Virus record (IMG/VR): IMGVR_UViG_3300022871_000577
Coordinates: 1-58,919 of that record
DNA from: a virus
Lineage: Duplodnaviria > Caudoviricetes
DNA: 58,919 nt
Direction: 5' to 3' (one strand)
Positions within the stretch are counted from its first letter, which is position 1. Each line of letters begins with the position of its first letter. Below, in pieces: positions 46,297 through 55,087 of this stretch. A model generated the notes under the pieces. The model did no database searches and had not been told where the DNA came from. It saw only the letters and a list, made by a program, of their open reading frames with translations. The translations under genes and the position numbers were made by a program.

Positions 46297-47045
46297 TATG
46301 CTCTATCCTTGTACTCAGCATCAATAACTTCTTCTGTATCGAGCGAGTCTAAATTAATTGTTCGTAAGCGTTTAAAAGCGTAACTTCTTTTATCTTCAGG
46401 TATCAAATCTGTAATAATAGCTTTAAATACCTTCATAATACTTTGTAATACTTCTACAGATACATAATTTTTATCCATTAAAGATTGAGGATTAAATAAA
46501 CTTAATAACTTGGATTCTTTATCAACTCTATCTAAAATTGCCTTTAACGAATCTATTCTCGATGTAATGTAGGTTGGGTATTTAGGTTCGTCATAGATAG
46601 CAATATATCTCTCTCTAAGCTCTCTGGCTTTAACTCTCTTCTCTTTATTAGTATCATCTGCCTTATACTCTGTCTCAGCAATATCAAGCTCTGCTTTAAC
46701 TGTCTTTACTTCTCTTTTCCACTCAGCTAATTTCTGTTTATTTTCTTTTACTTTATCAGTAATTTCTTGATACAGATTCCAATATTCGGTTTTTAATAAA
46801 CCAACTTCATCAATCAACTGCTCTACTCTTTGATATTGTTTCTTAGCTAACTGAGAATTTTTTACAATTAAACTTGAATATCTTGCTTGTAAGTATTTAA
46901 TATCGTTTAATGTAGTAGTATAAGCAACTTGCAGAGATTTAGAGATTGCATTAGGAGATTTTCCTTTTAAAAACAATTCTCTTGTCTTTTCTCGTCGAGA
47001 TACTATCATATCTTTTGATGGTCTACCGCCAGTATTTTTTGTCAT
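46296..47045 (-). CDS. probable terminase small subunit
   Basis: GGRPS, N-terminal HTH, coiled coil; TAATG-coupled to terminase large subunit. Confidence 0.65.
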   Translation of the reverse strand: MTKNTGGRPSKDMIVSRREKTRELFLKGKSPNAISKSLQVAYTTTLNDIKYLQARYSSLIVKNSQLAKKQYQRVEQLIDEVGLLKTEYWNLYQEITDKVKENKQKLAEWKREVKTVKAELDIAETEYKADDTNKEKRVKARELRERYIAIYDEPKYPTYITSRIDSLKAILDRVDKESKLLSLFNPQSLMDKNYVSVEVLQSIMKVFKAIITDLIPEDKRSYAFKRLRTINLDSLDTEEVIDAEYKDRA

Positions 47046-47370
47046 TTACAACACTCCTTGAGTTCATTTTTATTTGATGCTTTAAATCATTCCAGCCTTT
47101 TAAATAATCAGAGGAAGAAATCTTTGCTGGAAAACATTTATTCTCTAGCATATCATAAGTTGCGAGATTTCTACCTAAATTCATTAAATGTAAAATAATA
47201 TCTTTTCGTGTATACTTCGTTACCTTTACCATTTCTTGAATAGTTAAATTAGCACTTATACACTTTAACAAAAGAACTTGTTTCTTAGTTAAGAACTTTC
47301 TTAAATTAGTCGGTAATGCTAATTGAAGATTCTTTACTTTATTACTACTAAATATTTCCCTTTTAGACAT
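47023..47370 (-). CDS. HTH protein resembling sigma region 4 / LuxR-type
   Basis: LTKKQVLLLKCISANLTIQEMVKVTKYTRKDI. Confidence 0.5.
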   Translation of the reverse strand: MSKREIFSSNKVKNLQLALPTNLRKFLTKKQVLLLKCISANLTIQEMVKVTKYTRKDIILHLMNLGRNLATYDMLENKCFPAKISSSDYLKGWNDLKHQIKMNSRSVVNDKKYWR

Positions 47371-47653
47371 TATCACTTCTCATCTCATTACTTAATTTTT
47401 GCATGTATTTTTTTTCACTTTTGTAAGAGTCTAATTTATTAAGTAATCGACATTTAAAGAACATGAACCAATGATTTTTATTAGTAACATCTTTTACTAC
47501 GCCGGAATTTAAATTCTCTAAATAAAGAACAACTAAATCTTGATACAAGTCATCTTTATCATGTATTGAACTTCTTAGCGACCTAGAAAACGTGAATGAT
47601 AAGTAACTCATAATTTCTTTAATATCTGACGGAATTTTAATTTCTTTGCTCAT
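47363..47653 (-). CDS. protein resembling sigma factor region 2
   Basis: DKDDLYQDLVVLYLE...WFMFFKCRLLNKLD. Confidence 0.5.
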   Translation of the reverse strand: MSKEIKIPSDIKEIMSYLSFTFSRSLRSSIHDKDDLYQDLVVLYLENLNSGVVKDVTNKNHWFMFFKCRLLNKLDSYKSEKKYMQKLSNEMRSDNV

Positions 47654-48380
47654 TTGATACCTTTCCTTGAATAACATTAAAATTTAACTTTGAACTTGTG
47701 CCTATGCGTTTAACGCCTAGACTTATTAATAGTTTGGATTGTTGTTCTGTTCTTATTCCTCCGGAGGCCTTTATTGGTAGAATAAGATTGTTTTCTTTCA
47801 TAATTTGTTGTGTGGCATTAATAGATTGAACTAGAGTTTTGAAGTCCTGCGATAAAAGACCTGTATTGGTTTTAAAGAAGTCTATGTTACTGTCCTTTAA
47901 TAGTGAAATTATTTCATAAAGTGCGATATATTTATTAAATACAGTTCCCAATTCAACAATAACCTTCATCGGTCTCTTATATCGCTCTTTTAAACTCTTA
48001 AATAGCTTATATATCTTCATAAAACTGCCTTTTGAGTACCAATAAATAGGAAAGACTAAATCTATTTCATCAGCAATGCCCTCATCTATTACTCTCTTAA
48101 TACTGTCAACTTCCTTAGTATCGTATAAGCCTAGATAGACAGGGATTCGTTTTCTATTTTTCGCTACTTTAAAATGATGAAACATACGCATCGGAGGAAA
48201 TCCACCTACTGTAATAATCTTTAAATCTTCACTAGCATATTTTTTCGCTATACCTAAACATGACCTGTCTAGACATACACCGTAATATTTATTCTTATTA
48301 GCAGTTTCTATAAATTCTTTTAATTCTTTTCTGCTAGGTGATTTAAGATTTGTATACTCAATATGCTGATTCAAATTCAT
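47637..48380 (-). CDS. deoC: deoxyribose-phosphate aldolase (DeoC-like)
   Basis: EYTNLK, YGVC, GFP, ADEIDLV, KVIVE, FFKTNTG, IKASGGIRT, RIGTSS. Confidence 0.85.
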   Translation of the reverse strand: MNLNQHIEYTNLKSPSRKELKEFIETANKNKYYGVCLDRSCLGIAKKYASEDLKIITVGGFPPMRMFHHFKVAKNRKRIPVYLGLYDTKEVDSIKRVIDEGIADEIDLVFPIYWYSKGSFMKIYKLFKSLKERYKRPMKVIVELGTVFNKYIALYEIISLLKDSNIDFFKTNTGLLSQDFKTLVQSINATQQIMKENNLILPIKASGGIRTEQQSKLLISLGVKRIGTSSKLNFNVIQGKVSNEQRN

Positions 48381-48535
48381 GTTCTATCTCCAATGGTTAA
48401 CATAATTATCGCACCTCTTATAATCCAAATTACTATCTGTATCAATGCAATTACTACTAATAATACAGGTATTGCGGGTAAGGCAACGATAGTAAAGAGT
48501 GCTGTTTTAAGAATTGTGTTTAGTTTGTTTTTCAT
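48377..48535 (-). CDS. small membrane protein (52 aa, not in ORF track), probably leaderless
   Basis: MKNKLNTILKTALFTIVALPAIPVLLVVIALIQIVIWII...; ATGA overlap with deoC. Confidence 0.6.
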   Translation of the reverse strand: MKNKLNTILKTALFTIVALPAIPVLLVVIALIQIVIWIIRGAIIMLTIGDRT

Positions 48536-48541
48536 AATATA

Positions 48542-48572
48542 AGTATAGCATACTTTCTATTGATTGTCAAGG
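48542..48572 (-). promoter_or_regulatory. sigma70-type promoter
   Basis: TTGACA (48570-48565), 17-nt spacer ending TGC, TATACT (48547-48542). Confidence 0.85.
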
Positions 48573-48721
48573 TCTTTTTTAAAGTCTCTTTTAACTTTTG
48601 CTCTTCCTTGTTTCTTTTTATCCTTATCGAGAACTCTGCTGACAGGTGCAAAACCCCAAAGCTTTCTTAGTCGACGATAAGTCTCTAAAAACGTATCTGG
48701 TTTTTTTCTATTTCTTTTCAT
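48557..48721 (-). CDS. small basic protein (54 aa, not in ORF track)
   Basis: MKRNRKKPDTFLETYRRLRKLWGFAPVSRV...; TAATG overlap. Confidence 0.55.
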   Translation of the reverse strand: MKRNRKKPDTFLETYRRLRKLWGFAPVSRVLDKDKKKQGRAKVKRDFKKDLDNQ

Positions 48722-49752
48722 TATTTATTTCCGTCATAAATCTTTCCATTAACAATAAATTTACCCTGTACAATTCTAACTAGCTGTACATCAAAGTATC
48801 CATTAGGAAAGAAATAACCTATAGCGAAACCGTGTGTCCAACTGTTTGGTCGTTTTCTCATAAAGTCTGGAGATAAATCGCAGACTGCACCAATATTATA
48901 ACCTGCAAATGCAATTTCTCTAGCTATTGATGAGGATAATCTCATACCTAATGTATGCGTATGACCAAATAAAATGTTTACTTTGAGTTCATCTAAATGC
49001 TTCTTGATAGGATTAGCACCCGCATAAATACCATGAGTTACATATAATCTACCCAACTTCAATAACTCATTATACTTATGTGTTTGATAACCTCTTTCTT
49101 CTAGCTTTAGCTGACTTGCAGGCTCAATCATACCCTCTAGTGCAGGCATTTCTTCTAATAAGTCATGTGCCCAATCTTCGTGATTTCCGTCTAGATAATG
49201 CTTCTCACACTTCTTAGGTAATCTTGAATCAATTTCATCTAATAAAGCGTTGCCTAGAATATAATCGTTCTTTAATCTCTTTAGTTCAAGAGTTCTATGT
49301 TTATTTCTATCCCAATGACCAATACAACCCAAATCCATAAAGTCTCCAACAATAGTCATAATATCAAATTGCTCATCATTCATCAATTTCAATATAGCTT
49401 TGCAAGAGGGCTCGTTTTGATGAGGGATATGTGTATCAGGCCAAAATAGAGCTTTTTTAATTTTCTTATTTTTACTACCTAGAACTTTAGATTTTTTAAT
49501 CTGCCACTTTAAAATAGCCTTCTCTTTAGCCTCTGCAAAATTTTCATCGTCTAACTCCTCTAAATTGATAGAATCAATAAACTTTTTTGTAGAAGCTTTC
49601 TGAACATAATGTTCTCTTAAATCATATCTATTAATAGCACTACTAACAGCATCAAGAGATGTGTCAAACTTCTTAGCTATTTCTTTATTTGAAATTCCGT
49701 TTCTTAAATAAGTAGTAAGAATTTCTATTTTTTCGTCTGTCCAAAATTTCAT
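48721..49752 (-). CDS. metallophosphoesterase with N-terminal HTH
   Basis: PDTH, GDFMD, GNHE, THG, GHTH; WTDEK...IAKKF HTH. Confidence 0.85.
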   Translation of the reverse strand: MKFWTDEKIEILTTYLRNGISNKEIAKKFDTSLDAVSSAINRYDLREHYVQKASTKKFIDSINLEELDDENFAEAKEKAILKWQIKKSKVLGSKNKKIKKALFWPDTHIPHQNEPSCKAILKLMNDEQFDIMTIVGDFMDLGCIGHWDRNKHRTLELKRLKNDYILGNALLDEIDSRLPKKCEKHYLDGNHEDWAHDLLEEMPALEGMIEPASQLKLEERGYQTHKYNELLKLGRLYVTHGIYAGANPIKKHLDELKVNILFGHTHTLGMRLSSSIAREIAFAGYNIGAVCDLSPDFMRKRPNSWTHGFAIGYFFPNGYFDVQLVRIVQGKFIVNGKIYDGNK

Positions 49753-49764
49753 AACTGTTCTCCT

Positions 49765-49965
49765 TTATTTTCCTGCACAATCAACGCCAAAGGCAATTTT
49801 CTGACCATTAGGTTGTTGTGCAACTAATATATAACTATCTTCTATCCATTTGCCTGTTCCTTTACAGGTAGGACATTTTTTAGTTTTCGTTTTTTCAAAT
49901 CCTTTACCGTTGCATCTGTAGCACTCTAGCTCAACTGAAGTGTCTATAATTTTCGTGTTTTTCAT
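49765..49965 (-). CDS. DnaJ-type zinc-finger microprotein
   Basis: CYRCNGKG...CPTCKGTG. Confidence 0.7.
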   Translation of the reverse strand: MKNTKIIDTSVELECYRCNGKGFEKTKTKKCPTCKGTGKWIEDSYILVAQQPNGQKIAFGVDCAGK

Positions 49966-50105
49966 TTTTTGTTTCCTCTGTTTTCTAGAATCATATTTAA
50001 AAGATAATCACTAAAGCTTATCGGTTCATTTTGCTTAATATCTATTTGCAATTTTTCCTTTTGTTCAAGTCTGAGTTTAATAGCTTTCAGTAACCTCACA
50101 AACAT
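49962..50105 (-). CDS. hypothetical protein (47 aa, not in ORF track)
   Basis: AAGGAG RBS downstream of promoter; ATGA overlap. Confidence 0.5.
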   Translation of the reverse strand: MFVRLLKAIKLRLEQKEKLQIDIKQNEPISFSDYLLNMILENRGNKK

Positions 50106-50128
50106 CTCTTATCTCCTTTGTTACTCTA

Positions 50129-50165
50129 AGTATAGCACATAAATAGCTGTTTGTCAAGTTTTATT
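50129..50165 (-). promoter_or_regulatory. sigma70-type promoter
   Basis: AATAAAAC TTGACA (50157-50152), 17-nt spacer ending TGC, TATACT (50134-50129). Confidence 0.85.
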
Positions 50166-50298
50166 TGTATACTTCGGCATAATACTTTTGTTCCCAAATA
50201 AAGCTAGGATAGAATTTACAGTCATCACAAAAGAAATCATAAATATCCTCTAATTTCCAACAGACAAGCATCATAGCACCATAAAATAATTTCTTCAT
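50161..50298 (-). CDS. hypothetical protein (45 aa, not in ORF track)
   Basis: AAGGAG RBS; MKKLFYGAMMLVCWKLEDIYDFFCDDC... Confidence 0.5.
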   Translation of the reverse strand: MKKLFYGAMMLVCWKLEDIYDFFCDDCKFYPSFIWEQKYYAEVYK

Positions 50299-50308
50299 AA
50301 TATCTCCT

Positions 50309-51004
50309 TTATACTAAATCTAATTCTTTTAAATCTATTAACATATAAAATAGTTCACTAAGAATTTTAAATACTCGTAAATAAACTCTTTCCTCTTCAG
50401 GCGTATTGATATATACGTCCCACTTTTTAGGCTTATCTCTAGGTATTAATAATATGCCTGATTTCATCGTCGAGGAATCTATTTTATTTAATCTACAATA
50501 GAGTTCTTTATATACGCATGACTGAATCTTATGCGAAAGTCTAACTGCCTTAGATGTCTTTAAATCGAATAGTATAGGTATGTGAGAGCTTTTTCCCACA
50601 AGGTCAACTGTACCTGCTGTCTTATACTCATCTTTATCCCAGACAACTAATTCTGAGTGTTCACACTTAAAGTCATACTGTTTCTCAAACTCTTTATATC
50701 TTGTTAAAGCATTATGGTCATTATCTTTTTGTTTTGTAACGTAATCTTCAATAATTTTATGAATATTCGTACCTTCTTTAGCTAATGAGTTTAATAGCTG
50801 TTTGTGAAATACAAAACCTAAAGAGGTTGATGTCTTTGAGAGGTCTCCTCTTTCTTTTAAGAACTTGATTGTCTGCATAACTGCCCACAGAACAATCTTG
50901 GGCTTAGGAAGAATACCAATTATAGTTGTTACAGAAGGAAAATCTCCGATATTCTCAATATCATAAAATCTGTAACTACCTTTGTTTCTAACATTTATGT
51001 TCAT
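50309..51004 (-). CDS. PD-(D/E)xK exonuclease (Cas4/RecB-like phage exonuclease)
   Basis: PSVTTI, GTNIH, AGTVD, DLKTS, Q...Y. Confidence 0.85.
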   Translation of the reverse strand: MNINVRNKGSYRFYDIENIGDFPSVTTIIGILPKPKIVLWAVMQTIKFLKERGDLSKTSTSLGFVFHKQLLNSLAKEGTNIHKIIEDYVTKQKDNDHNALTRYKEFEKQYDFKCEHSELVVWDKDEYKTAGTVDLVGKSSHIPILFDLKTSKAVRLSHKIQSCVYKELYCRLNKIDSSTMKSGILLIPRDKPKKWDVYINTPEEERVYLRVFKILSELFYMLIDLKELDLV

Positions 51005-51432
51005 TTCTTCTTTCCTTTTTTCTCGCATTGTCTTTCTATGTTTCTTATGATACGAGTAAACTTTCTTACTAATCTTTCTTCTTCATTTTTAAGTAATTTT
51101 CTCTGCTTCTTTACATTAATAGATTTCTTATTCTTTACCTTATCTAAAATGTTATCCATTCTACTTGTCAAAGAAGTCAATAGTACATGCCAAAATTCAT
51201 GTATAATAGAATCTCGTAAAGATGCTACAGACTTATTCATTTTACTATTTACATTGACATTAAAATCTCTACCATCAAACTCATAGACAACCTCAGCATA
51301 AGTATCTTTCTTATTGACTACCTTAACATGGATAGACCAATTCTTATTTAGACGCATCTTATTCTTATACTCAACGAATAACTCGTCTAGAACTTTCTTG
51401 AAAAATTCTCTGCTGTCCTTATGTTTACTCAT
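51001..51432 (-). CDS. hypothetical protein with HExxH motif
   Basis: SIIHEFWHV...EE..V. Confidence 0.6.
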   Translation of the reverse strand: MSKHKDSREFFKKVLDELFVEYKNKMRLNKNWSIHVKVVNKKDTYAEVVYEFDGRDFNVNVNSKMNKSVASLRDSIIHEFWHVLLTSLTSRMDNILDKVKNKKSINVKKQRKLLKNEEERLVRKFTRIIRNIERQCEKKGKKK

Positions 51433-52586
51433 TTTTTCTTTCTTGGTAGAATTGCAACTAACTTACTATTGTTGAAGTTTATTCTTTTAATAAAGCTGTT
51501 TACTTCTTCTAGAGAAATATCGTTAATAGACTTCTCATAATCTCTTAGATAAACATTATAATCTAAATTGCTTAAAGAACAGTCAATTAAAATTCTAGCA
51601 ATATTAGACGGCTTATCAATACTTAATTCATGTCCACCTAATAGTTTGCCTCTTGCAAAATCTAATTCTTCTTTAGATACAGTCTTTGTTAATTGTTCTA
51701 GCATAAGCTTTTTTGCAAACTGAACTTTTTCTGGTTTTAAACCTGCAAAGCCCCAGTATTGAACAGTTCCACAACTATGTTCCTGCATATATAAAGTAGT
51801 ATTATATACTAAATTATTTTGTTCTCTAATAACTTCAAAGAATCTCCCACAAAAACCATTAATTACAGAGGAAAATAAATCCATAATCAATCGCTCTTTC
51901 ATAGTATTAATATAAAATAGACCTGTTAATACCATGTTGGCTTGACTAATATCATTTCTATACTCTATGACATCTTTCTTATCATAAGTGATAGGCTCTT
52001 GTGCAAATCTAGAGGTAATATAAACTCTGTTTCGTGCCTCTTCTGCTGAACCACCAATCTCTAGCTTAATAGCGTTCTTATAATATTTATTATAATATTC
52101 AACCAATACATCTCTTGTAATACCTGTAACACTTTCTCTAGTTCCAATAATAGGAATGTGAAGATTCGAGCCATCAGCAAAGATTTTACTCTGAGCTAAT
52201 TCAAATACTGCTGACTGAGGATTATCTTGATACATTTCTAATTCCTGCAAAACTACTTGTTTTTCTTTTTCAAGTTCTTCTGCTGGAAATATAGAATTTT
52301 CTACCATATCATCTATAATCTTTCGTGCCTCAGATACATATTTATTGCTAATAACAACATAGAAAAATGTATGTTCTTCTGAAGTCCAAGCATTAAACAC
52401 AGCACCATATTTATCTATAGCTTGTTTAATCTCTGTCATGTTGCGAGTCTTAGTTCCTTTAAATAACATGTGTTCTAAAAAATGAGAGATACCCTTAATA
52501 TTATCCGGCTCATTGCGAGAACCTACAGGAATAAATGTTCCTACGATTGTTGACTTACCCTCTACTTTAATTTTAATGTTTGCCAT
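51429..52586 (-). CDS. peptidase M16 (insulinase family)
   Basis: GSRNE, GISHFLEHMLFKGT, NAWTS, EKQVVLQE, F..IREQNNLVY. Confidence 0.95.
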   Translation of the reverse strand: MANIKIKVEGKSTIVGTFIPVGSRNEPDNIKGISHFLEHMLFKGTKTRNMTEIKQAIDKYGAVFNAWTSEEHTFFYVVISNKYVSEARKIIDDMVENSIFPAEELEKEKQVVLQELEMYQDNPQSAVFELAQSKIFADGSNLHIPIIGTRESVTGITRDVLVEYYNKYYKNAIKLEIGGSAEEARNRVYITSRFAQEPITYDKKDVIEYRNDISQANMVLTGLFYINTMKERLIMDLFSSVINGFCGRFFEVIREQNNLVYNTTLYMQEHSCGTVQYWGFAGLKPEKVQFAKKLMLEQLTKTVSKEELDFARGKLLGGHELSIDKPSNIARILIDCSLSNLDYNVYLRDYEKSINDISLEEVNSFIKRINFNNSKLVAILPRKKK

Positions 52587-52588
52587 GA

Positions 52589-54013
52589 TTATCTCCTTAG
52601 CTCTATGTAGTTAATATTTTCTTGTTGTTTAAGAATATCTTTATGTGTAACAATTATAATCTGATTTAAAAAGTTTAATTTAAAAAAGTAGTTAAATAAT
52701 TGTATTAATTTTATTGAGTTCTCATTGTCGATTTTTTCTAAACCTTCGTCAATCAACATAAAATCAATTTCGGTTTTACAGAGTTGCTTAAAGATAGATA
52801 TAACGCCTAGTCTAAAACATAAATTGACCAATACTCTCTCAGAACCCGATAGGTCTTTCATCTCTAAAGTTTCTTTACCTCTCTTAATAAAGGGTTTGAA
52901 ATCAGGTCTATTTGATTCTGCTCTCTCTGTTCTTATATCTACAGTAGTATCTTTAAATATCAATCTTAGTAACTTATTGGCAGTATTAATAATAACAGGA
53001 ATGTATGCTTGTAATAAGTAGGACGGAAATGCTTTGGGACTAAATACTGATAATACAGACTTAATCTCTGTGATTCTTTTTTCGTTTCTAAGCTCTGTTT
53101 TTTTATTTGCCTGTTCTTTAATAATAGTTAAAACTCTATTACATCTATCAATTTTATCACTCAAGTTATTAATAGCTCTTTGAAATTTAGCCTCAGATAG
53201 AGCCAATTTATTTTTCATCTGAGTTAATTTTGATTCCTTTACTTTTAATAATAGAGTGGCTTCTTTTAATTTTTTTAGTCCCTTCTCTATATCCGTAGAA
53301 GAGTATTCTCTTTCACATTTAGAACATTTACCTGCTTTTAGTAAATTTGTTTTTCTTTGTATCTCACTAAACTTCTGCTCTATCTTTCCTTTACTACTAT
53401 ATAAAGTATTAATATTATTTCTTAGTCTTTCTAGTGCTTCTTTATATGTAATAACTTTATCTACTTTCGTATTTTTATAATTCTTAATTCTTAAATATCT
53501 TTTCTTTAGTAAATCTTTATTGACCTTAGCTATCTCTGTATTAATTTGTGTTAGCGTATTTAATTCTACATTTAATCTTTGATAGATAGTTGAATATTCA
53601 TTTAAGTTAAATAATTCGATAAGAAAATTTCTAAGATAAGAAGCATCAAATAAATTCTGCTGTTCGTGTGATGAAATATAAAAGATACTTAAAAACTCCT
53701 TATAGTTTATGTTCAATAAATTATCTAACTCTATCTTCTTAATTTTATTTAATGATGATGTTGCTTTTGTTCTGTCTCTTTGCACAATAGTATCATTAAG
53801 ATTTATTTCGGATATAGCTTTGTCTGCATCGAAGTTGATAATCTTTTCTAATTTTGAGTTCTGTGTTTTACCGAATAAAGCATAGCAGACACCTTCCATT
53901 ATCTGAGTTTTACCCGCTGTGTTCTCTCCTATAATAGCATTGAGCCCTTCTTTAAATGTAATATCTAAAGAGTTATGAATACCGAAATTAGTTAGCTTAA
54001 CATTTTTTAACAT
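52589..54013 (-). CDS. SbcC/Rad50-like ATPase (gp46-like)
   Basis: GENTAGKT, CSKC zinc hook, LSGSE, IDEG, VTH. Confidence 0.9.
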   Translation of the reverse strand: MLKNVKLTNFGIHNSLDITFKEGLNAIIGENTAGKTQIMEGVCYALFGKTQNSKLEKIINFDADKAISEINLNDTIVQRDRTKATSSLNKIKKIELDNLLNINYKEFLSIFYISSHEQQNLFDASYLRNFLIELFNLNEYSTIYQRLNVELNTLTQINTEIAKVNKDLLKKRYLRIKNYKNTKVDKVITYKEALERLRNNINTLYSSKGKIEQKFSEIQRKTNLLKAGKCSKCEREYSSTDIEKGLKKLKEATLLLKVKESKLTQMKNKLALSEAKFQRAINNLSDKIDRCNRVLTIIKEQANKKTELRNEKRITEIKSVLSVFSPKAFPSYLLQAYIPVIINTANKLLRLIFKDTTVDIRTERAESNRPDFKPFIKRGKETLEMKDLSGSERVLVNLCFRLGVISIFKQLCKTEIDFMLIDEGLEKIDNENSIKLIQLFNYFFKLNFLNQIIIVTHKDILKQQENINYIELRR

Positions 54014-54449
54014 TGTATGTTATTACTCCCATTTTTTGTAGTGCGAATAAATATCCGTAATAATGTTCCTGCTCTGTTTCTCTCAGGTCCCAATTACTTA
54101 AAAAGTCTAAACCATAATCAACTGCATGAGTATAAGTTTCAGGATAATATGATTTCAATACTTTATATGTTAGATGAATAATTCTTTTTTCTTGTAAGTA
54201 TCTGTCATCATTATACTTATAGTAGTACCAGAAATGACATAGTTCATGTATTACTACCATTATCAAATCATTATTAGACTGTATTCTATCTGTATTTAAC
54301 ATGATTGTTTCATTCTCACAATCTATACAGGCTTTCATTGACTCTTCACAATCACTTTCTTTAACATAAACTACTTTCAAACAAGGTAACTTCATTATTG
54401 TTGTCCACATTGCTACAAAATTCTCTGTATGTTTTAAATAATTTTTCAT
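53997..54449 (-). CDS. hypothetical protein with HExxH motif
   Basis: VIHELCHF...QE. Confidence 0.6.
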   Translation of the reverse strand: MKNYLKHTENFVAMWTTIMKLPCLKVVYVKESDCEESMKACIDCENETIMLNTDRIQSNNDLIMVVIHELCHFWYYYKYNDDRYLQEKRIIHLTYKVLKSYYPETYTHAVDYGLDFLSNWDLRETEQEHYYGYLFALQKMGVITYNVKKC

Positions 54450-54450
54450 A

Positions 54451-55086
54451 TTACTCTTTCTCTATTAGACCGGATAATGCTAACATAAAAGCATCTGAAA
54501 GATTATCGTCTGTTATTTCTAAGTTAAACTTCTTATCAATGAAATCAATAATTTGTTGCTTCAGATTCATAGGTTTTCTATCCCAAATCTTTTTTCTTTT
54601 CTTCTTTCCCTTAATCATTACTTGCTCAAAATGAAATGCACCCGTATCTGCTGAAAAACCGACCTTTGCTCTAACGGAAACTGGTTGAATAGGTTCTGGA
54701 ATATTGTGTGTCCATTTAAACATTGTAAAGAAACTTATTGTAGCATACTTAGCTAATACCTTCAATGTCCAAACATTCAATCCGAAAAAACAATCCTCTA
54801 TAATAACTTTTCTATCATACTTCTTATCATAATCAGGAAGCTCTGCTCTAAAATCTTTAAACTTCTGAAAGTATTCAATTAACTTTGTATGCAAATTATT
54901 TTTACAAATACCTTTCATTTCAATACCATAAAAATCTTCCACATAAAATTTATCCTTTGTTGTTCTTAAAATACATAGACCTGTGTGTTTTGTCGCACCA
55001 TCTACTCCGACGCAAACTGTATTGGTCTTTATCTCTTTGTTAAGTATATCACACACTTCAGCGATTGTCAAGGTTAATTGTGCCAT
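54451..55086 (-). CDS. RuvC-like Holliday junction resolvase
   Basis: VGVDGATKHTG, IIED, DDNLSDA. Confidence 0.75.
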   Translation of the reverse strand: MAQLTLTIAEVCDILNKEIKTNTVCVGVDGATKHTGLCILRTTKDKFYVEDFYGIEMKGICKNNLHTKLIEYFQKFKDFRAELPDYDKKYDRKVIIEDCFFGLNVWTLKVLAKYATISFFTMFKWTHNIPEPIQPVSVRAKVGFSADTGAFHFEQVMIKGKKKRKKIWDRKPMNLKQQIIDFIDKKFNLEITDDNLSDAFMLALSGLIEKE

Positions 55087-55087
55087 T

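Noticed and set aside
50309-51004. Cas4 as part of a CRISPR system
   Set aside because: Stand-alone phage exonuclease without the Fe-S cysteines; no array or other cas genes.
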